From: Verrucomicrobiaceae bacterium
GTDB lineage: Bacteria; Verrucomicrobiota; Verrucomicrobiia; Verrucomicrobiales; Akkermansiaceae
Assembly: GCA_051252135.1 (NCBI GenBank)
Contig: JBPOGH010000023.1
Coordinates: forward strand, 1-50,630
Length of the DNA stretch: 50,630 nt
Reading direction: 5' to 3'
Both the position numbers and the translations under genes were made by a program. Positions 36,126-45,105 of the stretch are shown here, piece by piece (positions within the stretch are counted from its first letter, which is position 1; the number at the start of each line of letters is the position of its first letter). The notes below the pieces were generated by a model that saw nothing but the letters and a program-made list of their open reading frames with translations, was not told the origin of the DNA and did not search any database.

Positions 36126-39086
36126 ATGATGGCGAAGCGGGTGCTTATTCTTTTGGGGGCTGCGCAGTTGATGGTGCAGGGGGTGATCCGGGAGGATTTT
36201 CGGGAGAATGTGGCGCATATTCCGGTTGTTGATGCGGATTTGAGCAATGAGGCGCTGGAGCTGAAGTTGCTGGGTCCGGGGAGTGAGGGGGTGAAGTTAT
36301 CGCATCATCCGGAGGTGAAGAATGATCCGCATTATTTGTGGAACGGGCAGTGTGCGGGGCCGGTGGTGTTGGCTTTTGAGTTTGAGGAGGTAGTTGATTT
36401 GTCGGGCGAGGGTTGGGGGTGTCGTTTGCAGACGAAGAATGTGGGGGGAGCGAGGCTGCATTTGGCCTTGCAGGTTGGGGGGCGATGGTTGGTGCAGGAG
36501 AAGTCGGTGGAAGAGGGGAAGGATTGGAATGTGCAGTGGCTTCGGCTGGGGAAGCGGAAGTGGCTGGCGCTGGATCCGGAGACGGTGACTTTCGGGGAGC
36601 AGGTGAAGGGGCCGGATTTGAGTGCGGTGACGGCGGTGGGGTTTGCGGCTCCGGTGAAACCGAAGGGGAGCAAGTCGTGCATTCGGCTGGATTGGTTTGA
36701 GTTGAGGCAGGGGGAGCAGGTTGGGGATGCGCGGAGGGGTGAGTTTTTGGAGGCGGGTGCGCCTTTTTTACGGAGTGCGTTGTTGATCAAGGATGGGGAG
36801 ACGGTGAACCGGGTGCGGCGTGGGTTGTTGGTTCCTTTGGGGGAGGATCACTGGGGGTGTTTTGATCCTGATTTGTTGCGATGGGCGGCGTTTTGGAAGG
36901 CTCCGGCGGGGGAGGCTCCGTTGAGTTATGATTCGATGGCGGCGGTGTCTTATCCGGAGGGGAAGGCGAAGGCGAAGAAGGTTCCTTCGTTGCGGGGGGA
37001 GGTTCTTTTTCAAACGGACGAGGTGCCGGGAGTGGGAGAGGATGATCGGGCGGCGTTGGTGAATGACGGCCAGGCGCGGGTGGGGCCGCTTGGGGGGAGG
37101 CATTGGTTGGGGCATGAGCTGTGGGGGAGGACGGTGGTGTTGCATTATGAGGTGGATGGGACGGTGGTGAGCGAGTTGGTGCGGAGGAATGAGGGCGGGT
37201 CGGTGGAGCGGATGTTGAGGGTGGGCGGGCATCGGGGGCCGTTGCGTTTTCGGGTGGGGCGATTTTTCAAGACCTGTGAGGGTGAGGGGGCGAGGTTGCG
37301 GGACGGGGAGTTGATGTTGGAGCGAGCCGATGGGCCGCGGGTGGTGGTGTTGGGTTCGGGTCCGTTGGCGGGTGGGGATTTTCCGACGAAGGTGCCGGCG
37401 GTGGCGTTTGACGGGGACGTGCGGGAGGTGAGGAATCCGGGGGCGGAGGTGCAGGGGGTGTTCACGGTGCGGCCGGTTGGGATTCCGATGGGGGAGCGGT
37501 TTATTCGGCCGACGGACTTGGCTTTTTTGAGTGATGGCGTGGGGTTGTTGACGACGCTGGATGGCGATGTGTGGAGGATTGAGGGGATCGAGGAGGAGAC
37601 GAGCCGGTGGAGGCGGGTGGCGAGTGGGATTTATGAGCCGATCTCGTTGGAGGTGACGCCGAATGACCGGGTTTTTGTGCTGGGGCGTGATCAGGTGACG
37701 GAGTTGATCGATGTCAACGGGGATTCGGTTTACGATGAGTACCGGAATGCTTCGGACGCGTTTCAGCAGACGCTGCAGACGCGGGATTATGCGACGTCGC
37801 TGGAGGTGCTGCCGGATGGGTCGTTTTTGGTGGCGAAGGGTGGGATTCATAGTGAGAGGGCGACGTCGGACAATGAGTTGTCAGGTCATCGGGGAACGAT
37901 TGTGCATCTGAGTGCGGATGGGCGGGAGGCGAAGGTGGTGGCGGACGGGTTGCGTCTGCCGTATGTGGGGTTGCGCGGGGACGGGGCGATTTTTGCATCG
38001 GACCAGCAGGGGAATTTTGTGCCGAGCACGCCGATTCATGTGATCGGGGAAGGGCGGCCGTACTTGGGGCATCCGCCGACGAATTTTCAGAAGGCGACAG
38101 AGGTGACGGAGCCTTTGCTTTGGTATCCTTATCAGACGAGTCGTTCGGGGGCGGCGTTTGCGACGAGTGTGGCGAAGGGATTTCCTGATTTGGGGGCGGC
38201 GTTTCTGCAGGTGTCGTGGAGTGGGCGCTTGTTTGCGATTGAGACGCCGGAGTGGGGGCAGGCGTTTTCGTGGCAATTGCCGCTGCAGCTGGGTTTTCCG
38301 TCATTGAACGGGACGTCGCATCCGACGTCGGGGAGGCTTTATGTGACGGGGTTGGGGATCTCGGGATACAAGCCGACGACGGAGGGATTGATCGGGATTG
38401 CGTCGATTGAGGAGACGTCGGCGATGCCGGTTCCGGAGTCGCTCGAGGTGGGGGAGGGGAGGATTGAGGTGCGGTTTAAGCGTCCGTTGGCGGCGGACGA
38501 AGTGGTGACGCCGGGCAGTCCGGCGCTGCGGATGTTTGATATTGAGCGGACGGGGAAGTATGGGTCCGGGCATTTCAGGTGGGACGGTGAGCCGGGTGAG
38601 CATCGGTTCCAACCGGAGGAGATTTTGATCTCGGAGGATCGTCGTACTTTAACGCTGACGTTTCCGCATCTTTATCGGTCTGATGTGACTGATCTCTTTC
38701 TAAATGTGACGGCGGCGGGGAATGTTTTGCCGCTGCACTTTTTCACTCGTCCGGAGCATCTTCCGGTGGCGGGCAAGGGGGTGCTTCGTGAGCTGGCGGC
38801 CTTGGAAAAGGTGGAGCCGGTGGAGGCGGGTAATGCGGCCCGGGGGAAAGATTACTTTGCGAAATATGCCTGTGCGGGATGTCATTCACTGGATGAGACG
38901 AAGCTGGTGGGGCCTTCGCTGAAGGGGCTTGCAATGCGGGCGAATGAGGCGGTGATGAAGGAGTCGATTTTGGATCCGAATGCGGTGATCACGAAGGGGT
39001 ATGCGGCGGCGATGCCGTCGTTTGCGGGTGTGCTGACGGAGCAGGAGCTGGCGGACTTGTTGGCTTACCTGGGGACCTTGAAGTAG
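36126..39086 (+). CDS. Exported multidomain protein: N-terminal beta-sandwich, DUF6797-like region, sugar-dehydrogenase-like beta-propeller and C-terminal c-type cytochrome
   Basis: Signal peptide. Propeller motifs ASG.YEP, QVTEL.D.NGD..YD.Y, ADGLR.P and SDQQGN.VP. C-terminal G.A.RG..YF....CAGCHS......GPSL.G...MP.F heme domain. Confidence 0.7.
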   Translation: MMAKRVLILLGAAQLMVQGVIREDFRENVAHIPVVDADLSNEALELKLLGPGSEGVKLSHHPEVKNDPHYLWNGQCAGPVVLAFEFEEVVDLSGEGWGCRLQTKNVGGARLHLALQVGGRWLVQEKSVEEGKDWNVQWLRLGKRKWLALDPETVTFGEQVKGPDLSAVTAVGFAAPVKPKGSKSCIRLDWFELRQGEQVGDARRGEFLEAGAPFLRSALLIKDGETVNRVRRGLLVPLGEDHWGCFDPDLLRWAAFWKAPAGEAPLSYDSMAAVSYPEGKAKAKKVPSLRGEVLFQTDEVPGVGEDDRAALVNDGQARVGPLGGRHWLGHELWGRTVVLHYEVDGTVVSELVRRNEGGSVERMLRVGGHRGPLRFRVGRFFKTCEGEGARLRDGELMLERADGPRVVVLGSGPLAGGDFPTKVPAVAFDGDVREVRNPGAEVQGVFTVRPVGIPMGERFIRPTDLAFLSDGVGLLTTLDGDVWRIEGIEEETSRWRRVASGIYEPISLEVTPNDRVFVLGRDQVTELIDVNGDSVYDEYRNASDAFQQTLQTRDYATSLEVLPDGSFLVAKGGIHSERATSDNELSGHRGTIVHLSADGREAKVVADGLRLPYVGLRGDGAIFASDQQGNFVPSTPIHVIGEGRPYLGHPPTNFQKATEVTEPLLWYPYQTSRSGAAFATSVAKGFPDLGAAFLQVSWSGRLFAIETPEWGQAFSWQLPLQLGFPSLNGTSHPTSGRLYVTGLGISGYKPTTEGLIGIASIEETSAMPVPESLEVGEGRIEVRFKRPLAADEVVTPGSPALRMFDIERTGKYGSGHFRWDGEPGEHRFQPEEILISEDRRTLTLTFPHLYRSDVTDLFLNVTAAGNVLPLHFFTRPEHLPVAGKGVLRELAALEKVEPVEAGNAARGKDYFAKYACAGCHSLDETKLVGPSLKGLAMRANEAVMKESILDPNAVITKGYAAAMPSFAGVLTEQELADLLAYLGTLK

Positions 39087-39092
39087 GGGCGA

Positions 39093-40514
39093 CTACCATT
39101 GGGCGAACCATGCCTTGAAGGCCGGGAGGCGGATGCGGTAGCGGGCGATGTTTCCCTCGTGGAGACTGGAGAGGACGGTTTCGACATGCTCGATGAAGGC
39201 ATCCCGGTTCTCCGGTGCGATCTCGCGGGTGCTTTCATCGGCGATCCAGGCGATGGCGGCTTTTTTATCGAGGCCGTTTCCGACAATGTGTTGGACGTAG
39301 CGATGGACATCACGACGGTAGCGCACATGCAAGGGGTCCGGCTCGCCAATGACCTGACGGATCGCGGAATAGCGATCGCAGGACTTGCGGTAGGCTGAGA
39401 CGAAGACGTCTCTCAAGTAGTCAATTTTGTGTAGCTCGTAGACTGCGAGCGTTGCTTGCAAATAATCCTCGCGAGGGACGCCGACAAAAGAGAGAGGGCA
39501 AAGATTGTGCAACATCATGGGAATGTTGGCGACCAGCCGGGAAACCCGTTTATTGACATCAATGAAGGGCTGCAAATACGGGAGGTGAACCATGGCGAAG
39601 AATGATTGCTCGAAGGGATCATCAATCGCGGAGGCTTTTTCCAAAATGCGTCCGAAATTCTCCTCGATGCGAGCAGGATCCAGCAAAGGTCGAAATGATG
39701 TGCCCGTGACCCCGACCGGTTCATGGCGAAGGCGGCCGCTGGCTTCCTCAAAGGGCAAGAGCCCTTCCGCGAGGGCTGCGTGGAGATTGAACAAGGTGTA
39801 ACGATTAAAGCCAATATCCTCTGACTGCTCAGCGAGGATCTCGATGGCAGACTTATGATTCAGAATCATCTGGGCCTCCGAGAGAGACTTCCCATCCGCA
39901 GCCTCCCCCATATCGAAGAGGCGTTGCGTTTCCAAAATGGAATAAGTGTTCCCTTCCAGGCGGCTGGAATTCCAGGAGAGATCAATGATCAGGCGGTCCA
40001 TCACCTGACGGAGATAGGTCCCGGCAGGGTGAGCGGACATCCCGACCTTTCCCATCGTGGCCAATTCGGCGCGAAGACCCGGAGAGAGATACTCAGTGAC
40101 ATTGGGTTGGTAGGCCTTCAAAAAGCCATCATCGTATGGGGCCAACTTTCGTTCGGCGACCGGGCGGGTCACTGCGGCGCGTTGCTCCTTGGCGGCAGGA
40201 GAAAGCCAGTCGCCCAATTGCTGATCCCGTTGCGGGATGCGGTATTCCTCCTCGGGTTCGGCGACGAATTGAGTTGAGGGGTGAGAGGAATCAGGGGAAT
40301 TCACGAGGACGTATTTGAAGCCCCGCCCTGCGCCGGTTGAAGACACCTTTTGATCCTTAATGAGCTGGTCCAGGCGGCGTTGGAGCGTGCGCTTGGAGAC
40401 ACCTTTTAACTCGGGTTGATCCAAGAGATCCCGAATCGCAACCGTGCCACCCAAACGTGCCAAGACCTCTAAAATCGTGTCATCTTCTGATTTTTTGGCG
40501 CGATTATCGTTCAT
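39093..40514 (-). CDS. Fic-family protein with N-terminal winged HTH and non-canonical active site
   Basis: HTH VSKRTLQRRLDQL......G.GR...Y, inhibitory motif SSRLEGN, and Fic loop QPFIDVNKRVSR. Confidence 0.85.
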   Translation of the reverse strand: MNDNRAKKSEDDTILEVLARLGGTVAIRDLLDQPELKGVSKRTLQRRLDQLIKDQKVSSTGAGRGFKYVLVNSPDSSHPSTQFVAEPEEEYRIPQRDQQLGDWLSPAAKEQRAAVTRPVAERKLAPYDDGFLKAYQPNVTEYLSPGLRAELATMGKVGMSAHPAGTYLRQVMDRLIIDLSWNSSRLEGNTYSILETQRLFDMGEAADGKSLSEAQMILNHKSAIEILAEQSEDIGFNRYTLFNLHAALAEGLLPFEEASGRLRHEPVGVTGTSFRPLLDPARIEENFGRILEKASAIDDPFEQSFFAMVHLPYLQPFIDVNKRVSRLVANIPMMLHNLCPLSFVGVPREDYLQATLAVYELHKIDYLRDVFVSAYRKSCDRYSAIRQVIGEPDPLHVRYRRDVHRYVQHIVGNGLDKKAAIAWIADESTREIAPENRDAFIEHVETVLSSLHEGNIARYRIRLPAFKAWFAQW

Positions 40515-40522
40515 TACGGGGG

Positions 40523-40591
40523 AATTGTGCCGTAATCGTGCCAAAAATCAAGCCTAAAAGGGTTAATTGTGCCATTAGGTGGCACGATTAA
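40523..40591. promoter_or_regulatory. Four-copy AAT(T/C)GTGCC operator-like array upstream of the HTH-Fic gene
   Basis: Copies at 40523, 40534 and 40565, plus one inverted at 40581-40589. The last two form TTAATTGTGCCA-N5-TGGCACGATTAA. Confidence 0.6.
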
Positions 40592-40605
40592 ACGCATCAA
40601 CCGAA

Positions 40606-41859
40606 CTACAAGCGATAGGCACCCATGGCGGGGGCGGTGGGGTTTACTTCGGGGCCGAAGTAGCGGAGGAGGACGAGGGGTTCCGTGGGGCTGGTGTTGT
40701 GGAAGACGATGCCGTCTTGAGCGGCTTTTTCGGTGGCGAAGAACTCGTCTTCCGAGAGCTCGTTGAAGCGGAGGAGCTTGGGGCAACTGAGGCGGAGTTT
40801 GTTGGCGTGGCCCTCGCCTTGGACCACGATGGCGGAGTAGGCGCCGTTATCCTTGATGGTGGCTTTTTGGCCGGGGTGGACCGTGAGCTCCTTGGCGGTG
40901 AAGTACTGGAAGTCGTCGACCTTTCCGTAGACGATCCATTTGTCATGGTGGGCCTCGTCCTTCGTGGCCGTGACGGGCTCGAGGTAGTGATTGTCCTTGA
41001 AATTGGGGTCGAGATTCTTTTCCCAGTCGATTTGGTCGATGATGAAATCGATATCCTGATGCTTGTCCTCGGGCATGTCCTTCACGAGGAGAGAGCGGGG
41101 GACCTCGCGTCCTTCGACGAGATTTTGATACATGCCGAAGACATCCGATCCCCACTGTGGTTCGTAGGTGCAGAGGGAGCCGGGGGCGTGGAGGATGCAG
41201 GGATCGATGAGCCAGCCGGTGCCGGGTTGGAGTTTGTAGGCTTTGGAGAGCTCGAGGATTTTGTTGTCGCCCTTTTGCCAGTTGGCGATGCAATCGTAGA
41301 CCTGTTGTCGGGTCGTGCCGGGCTCGAAGCCCATGAAGGTGTAGGGGAAGTTGTTGCCGACGTTGTTGTGCTGGGGTGGGAAGTAATAGGACTCGGGTTT
41401 TCCCTCCTGGCCGACGAGCGCGGCTTGCTCGGCGTTTTGGTGGAGGTGGTGGGGGATGGGGCCCATGTTATCGAAGAACTTCGAGTAGACGGGCCACTTT
41501 CCGTATTTGTCCCAGATGAGGGCGCCGATGATGTCGGCTCCGCACTCGTTGATGAGATCGCGGAGAGTGAAGCGTTCGTTTCCGACGATGACGTAAGAGA
41601 GGCCTTCGTCATCGGCACGGCCTTCGTTGGCGGTGACGGTGGTGGAGCCGAACCAGCGTTCGTCGATGCCGCCGCGGCTGAGGCCGTAGGCGTAGGTGTC
41701 ATCGGGGTGGAGCTTGATGCGGAGGCCGGGCTGAAGGAAGGAGCGGGGGACCCAGGTGGGGGAGAGGCGAAGGAGGCCGCCGGTGTCTTCGAGATGGCCT
41801 TCGGCGAGGGCGCGGATGTTTGAGGAGACGGTGGTGAGCTCGTTGGTGGTGGAAGGCAT
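40606..41859 (-). CDS. Class I phosphomannose-isomerase-like bicupin of unknown substrate
   Basis: ERW..S, P...KFFD...PIPHHLHQ, GKPESYY and LHAPG..C.YEPQ..SD follow the PMI type I layout, with a second C-terminal cupin. Confidence 0.6.
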   Translation of the reverse strand: MPSTTNELTTVSSNIRALAEGHLEDTGGLLRLSPTWVPRSFLQPGLRIKLHPDDTYAYGLSRGGIDERWFGSTTVTANEGRADDEGLSYVIVGNERFTLRDLINECGADIIGALIWDKYGKWPVYSKFFDNMGPIPHHLHQNAEQAALVGQEGKPESYYFPPQHNNVGNNFPYTFMGFEPGTTRQQVYDCIANWQKGDNKILELSKAYKLQPGTGWLIDPCILHAPGSLCTYEPQWGSDVFGMYQNLVEGREVPRSLLVKDMPEDKHQDIDFIIDQIDWEKNLDPNFKDNHYLEPVTATKDEAHHDKWIVYGKVDDFQYFTAKELTVHPGQKATIKDNGAYSAIVVQGEGHANKLRLSCPKLLRFNELSEDEFFATEKAAQDGIVFHNTSPTEPLVLLRYFGPEVNPTAPAMGAYRL

Positions 41860-41963
41860 GAGGAAAGTGGGTGAGACGGAAGATACGGAATGTTTCTTAT
41901 CGGAATTACAAGAGAGATGGAAGCCGTTGGTTGCCATGGGGAGGCGATTGGATATCGTGCGTC

Positions 41964-43133
41964 ATGGGTTATCGCGTGGCGATTGTGGGGTCGGGGACGG
42001 CGGGTCCGGCGGCGGGGATCTTTTTGGCGCGAGCGGGGCATGAGGTGACGCTTTTTGAGCGAGCGGAGCAGGAGGAGGCGGTGGGTGCGGGGTTTCTTTT
42101 GCAGCCGACGGGATTGGCGGTGTTGCGGGAGTTGGGGTTGGAGGAGGAAGTGTTGGGGGTGACGCAGCGGATTGATGGGCTTTATTGTCGGACGAAGGGC
42201 GGGAAGGTGTTGTTGGATTTGAGTTATGCGGAATTGCAGGAGGGGATTTTTGGGTTGGGGACGCATCGGTCGTCGTTGCTCGGGATACTTTTGCGGGCGC
42301 TCGGTGAAGCGGGAGGAGAGGTGCGTTGGGGGGAAGAGATGAAGGAGACTATGGTTGAGAAGTCGGGTCGGTTTTTGACCTCGGGTGAGGGGAAGAGAGA
42401 GGGGCCTTTTGATCTGGTGTTGCTGTGCGATGGGGCGCGGTCGCAGCTGAGGGAGCAGGTTGGGATTGAGACGAAGGTGAGTCGGTATCCGTGGGGGGCG
42501 TTGTGGTTTATGGGAGAGCGGACGTCGGAATTTCGGGCAGATCAGCTGTGGCAGTGTGTGGGATCGACGCGGGAGTTGTGTGGGTTTTTGCCGACGGGGA
42601 CGCGGGAGGATTTGTTGAGTGTTTTTTGGAGTGTGCGGTTGGATGATGCGGTGCCGCCCTTGCTGAAATGGAAGGATGATGTTTTGCGGTTGGTTCCTGA
42701 GGCGGAGGGTTTTTTGGGGCAGGTGGAATCGGTGGAACAGCTGCAGCGGGCGGCGTATCATGACGTGCGGATGAAGCAGTGGCATGGGGAGCGGCTGGCG
42801 GTGCTGGGAGATGCGGCGCATGCGCTGAGTCCGCAGCTGGGGCAGGGAGTGAACCTGGCGCTGGTGGATGCGGCGGAGCTGGTGGCTTGCCTGGAAGAGT
42901 TTGCGCTCGAGGAGGCGCTGGCCCGTTACACGCAGCGCCGGAGGAAGCATGTGGGATTCTATCAATTTGCGACGCGGTGGACGACGCCGTTTTTTCAATC
43001 GGACTACCTGGTTCTGGGTGGGTTGCGTGACGCGCTGTTTCCGATTGGGATGAAGATTCCGTGGGTGCGGAAGCAGATGACGGCGACGATGGCGGGATTG
43101 AAGACGGGGCCGTTGAGTGCGCGGGAGATTTAG
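41964..43133 (+). CDS. FAD-dependent monooxygenase (UbiH/aromatic hydroxylase-like)
   Basis: VAIVGSGTAG, CDGARS and LGDAAHALSPQLGQGVNLAL.DA. Confidence 0.88.
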   Translation: MGYRVAIVGSGTAGPAAGIFLARAGHEVTLFERAEQEEAVGAGFLLQPTGLAVLRELGLEEEVLGVTQRIDGLYCRTKGGKVLLDLSYAELQEGIFGLGTHRSSLLGILLRALGEAGGEVRWGEEMKETMVEKSGRFLTSGEGKREGPFDLVLLCDGARSQLREQVGIETKVSRYPWGALWFMGERTSEFRADQLWQCVGSTRELCGFLPTGTREDLLSVFWSVRLDDAVPPLLKWKDDVLRLVPEAEGFLGQVESVEQLQRAAYHDVRMKQWHGERLAVLGDAAHALSPQLGQGVNLALVDAAELVACLEEFALEEALARYTQRRRKHVGFYQFATRWTTPFFQSDYLVLGGLRDALFPIGMKIPWVRKQMTATMAGLKTGPLSAREI

Positions 43134-43193
43134 GGGTGGTTTTTTTGGATGGACGGCCTTGATGGGTGAGGGGGGATTGATGATGGTGTGGCG

Positions 43194-43856
43194 ATGCGAT
43201 TGGCGATTGGCGATATTCACGGGTGTTTGAGATCTTTGGAGACGATGTTGGAGGTGGTGCAGCCGACGGGGGATGATCTTTTGGTGACGCTGGGGGATTA
43301 TGTGGATCGGGGGCCGGACTCGAAGGGAGTGATTGAGCGGTTGATTGCGCTGAAGGAGACGCACAATTTTGTTCATCTGATGGGGAACCATGAGATTCAG
43401 ATGATTCGGGCGCTGGAGACGGCGGTGGATCGGCGTCGGTTCCTGAGTGATCTGTGCGGGGGGCAGGATACCCTGGATTCGTATGGGGGGAGCTTTGAGG
43501 ATGTGCCGCAGGAGCATTGGGAGTTCATGAAGAGCGCGGGACTTTATCATGAGCTGGAGAATCACATTTTAGTGCATGCGGGACTGGAGGCGCAGGTGGC
43601 GGTGGAGAAGCAGGACCGGGAGACGTATTACTATCACCGTTTTTACAGCCAGGAGGCGCATGTCTCGGGGAAGGTGGTGGTGTGCGGGCACACGATTCAG
43701 GGGGATGTGCCGACGGATTTGGGCTACGCCATTTGCCTGGATACGTGTGCGTATGGCGGGGGGTGGCTGAGCGCGCTGGATGTGGACAGCGGGCGGATTT
43801 GGCAGACGAACGAGCGGGGGGAGTCGCGGGAGATGCGGGTGGAGGATCTGTCGTGA
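43194..43856 (+). CDS. Calcineurin-like metallophosphoesterase (PphA-type Ser/Thr phosphatase)
   Basis: GDIHG, LGDYVDRG, GNHE, VHAG, GHT and LDT. Confidence 0.9.
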   Translation: MRLAIGDIHGCLRSLETMLEVVQPTGDDLLVTLGDYVDRGPDSKGVIERLIALKETHNFVHLMGNHEIQMIRALETAVDRRRFLSDLCGGQDTLDSYGGSFEDVPQEHWEFMKSAGLYHELENHILVHAGLEAQVAVEKQDRETYYYHRFYSQEAHVSGKVVVCGHTIQGDVPTDLGYAICLDTCAYGGGWLSALDVDSGRIWQTNERGESREMRVEDLS

Positions 43857-43859
43857 TCG

Positions 43860-44738
43860 TTATCTCTTGGCGCGGTAGGTGGAAGGGCGGACGCCGATCC
43901 ACTTGAGGAAGGTGCTGGAGAAGGCGAAGGGGTTTTCGTAGCCGAGTCTGCCGGCGATGGTCTCGATGGTGTCATCGGTCGAGGTGAGGAGCTCGACGGC
44001 CTTGTGCATGCGGAGGTAGATGAGGTGCTTGTGGGGGCTGCGGCCCAAGGTGCGGTGGCAGAGTCTGCGGAAGTGCTCGGGGCTGACGTTTGCGAGAGCA
44101 GCCATGCGGTCGAGAGACCAGCTCGCCCCGAGGTCTTCGCGGACGGCATTCCAGGCCTTCCAGATGCGCTCATCGGCTTGGACGGGTGAAGCGAAGCGGC
44201 TGACGTATTCCTGAATGAGCTCGACCCAATGATGCTGGATGGCGAGGGAGGGGGCGGCGCCTCCGATTTCGGATCGCAATCCTTCAATCGCTCCGAGGAG
44301 GGGTGCCGCATCAAATTCTCCCAGCCAGGGAGAGGCTCCGGAAGCCATGGGGACGACACCGGCGGGTTCGTGGTAGCGGACCCAGATGAAGGACCAGTGC
44401 GGGCTGTCATCCATTTGCAGGGAGTGGATGGTGTGGGGTGGGAGGAGGCAGGCTTCGCCGGCTTTCACGGTCTTCCACGAGCCATCGGCGTAGATGGAGC
44501 CGTGACCAGCGAGACAGGCGAGGAAAAAGGTTCCGGATTGGCGGGTCCGGAGGACTTCGTAGGAAGGACCGGCATTCATGACGCCGGTGTGGAGAATGTG
44601 GTGATTTGCGAGGAGGGAGCAGGTGGGAGCGTTCTTGAGCCAATCGGTTTTCAGGGCCTCCGGAACGCAGATGGGGCTGACGCGGGTTTCGCCATCCAAA
44701 ATGTGGATATCGGAGAGGCCGAGTTGGATTTCTTTCAA
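43860..44738 (-). CDS. AraC-family transcriptional regulator
   Basis: Cupin-type N domain and C-terminal double HTH (WSL..MA..A.VS..HF.RL....LG.SP; IA..LGY...F.FS..F....G..PS.YR). The TTG start is uncertain. Confidence 0.88.
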   Translation of the reverse strand: MKEIQLGLSDIHILDGETRVSPICVPEALKTDWLKNAPTCSLLANHHILHTGVMNAGPSYEVLRTRQSGTFFLACLAGHGSIYADGSWKTVKAGEACLLPPHTIHSLQMDDSPHWSFIWVRYHEPAGVVPMASGASPWLGEFDAAPLLGAIEGLRSEIGGAAPSLAIQHHWVELIQEYVSRFASPVQADERIWKAWNAVREDLGASWSLDRMAALANVSPEHFRRLCHRTLGRSPHKHLIYLRMHKAVELLTSTDDTIETIAGRLGYENPFAFSSTFLKWIGVRPSTYRAKR

Positions 44739-45105
44739 AGTGGTGACGGGGCGGGTTGCACCGTTTGGAACAAATGGATAGGAGAGTATCTATACAGTCG
44801 AGTAGAAATAAGGAATTTTAGTTCATTCCAGTTTTCCAGGGTCAGGAAAGGGAACGGTTCTTATTCGAATGCGGTCAGGAAGAACTTCCTTTGTTGGAGG
44901 AAGAAAAATGTGGGTTTTGAGTATCCATATGTGGAATCAACGCATGGCCACGATGGTTTAGAGGTAGTAATTTTCTCAATCAGGCAGGTGTCATGCAGTG
45001 ATAATCTACCTGATTCGTGTATCCTTGGTTCATGCCGATGCATTGACGGGAACGTCAGGTGCGGGTTTCTGTGAGTGAAAAGCCCAAGGGACGGTTACTG
45101 AAATT

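Noticed and set aside
41082..43565. 827-aa minus-strand ORF and similar long shadows (4905-6548, 31673-33118, 40579-41823, 36768-37850)
   Set aside because: They are antisense or off-frame to well-supported genes, low-complexity and motif-free. They are explained by high GC and strand-biased codon usage.
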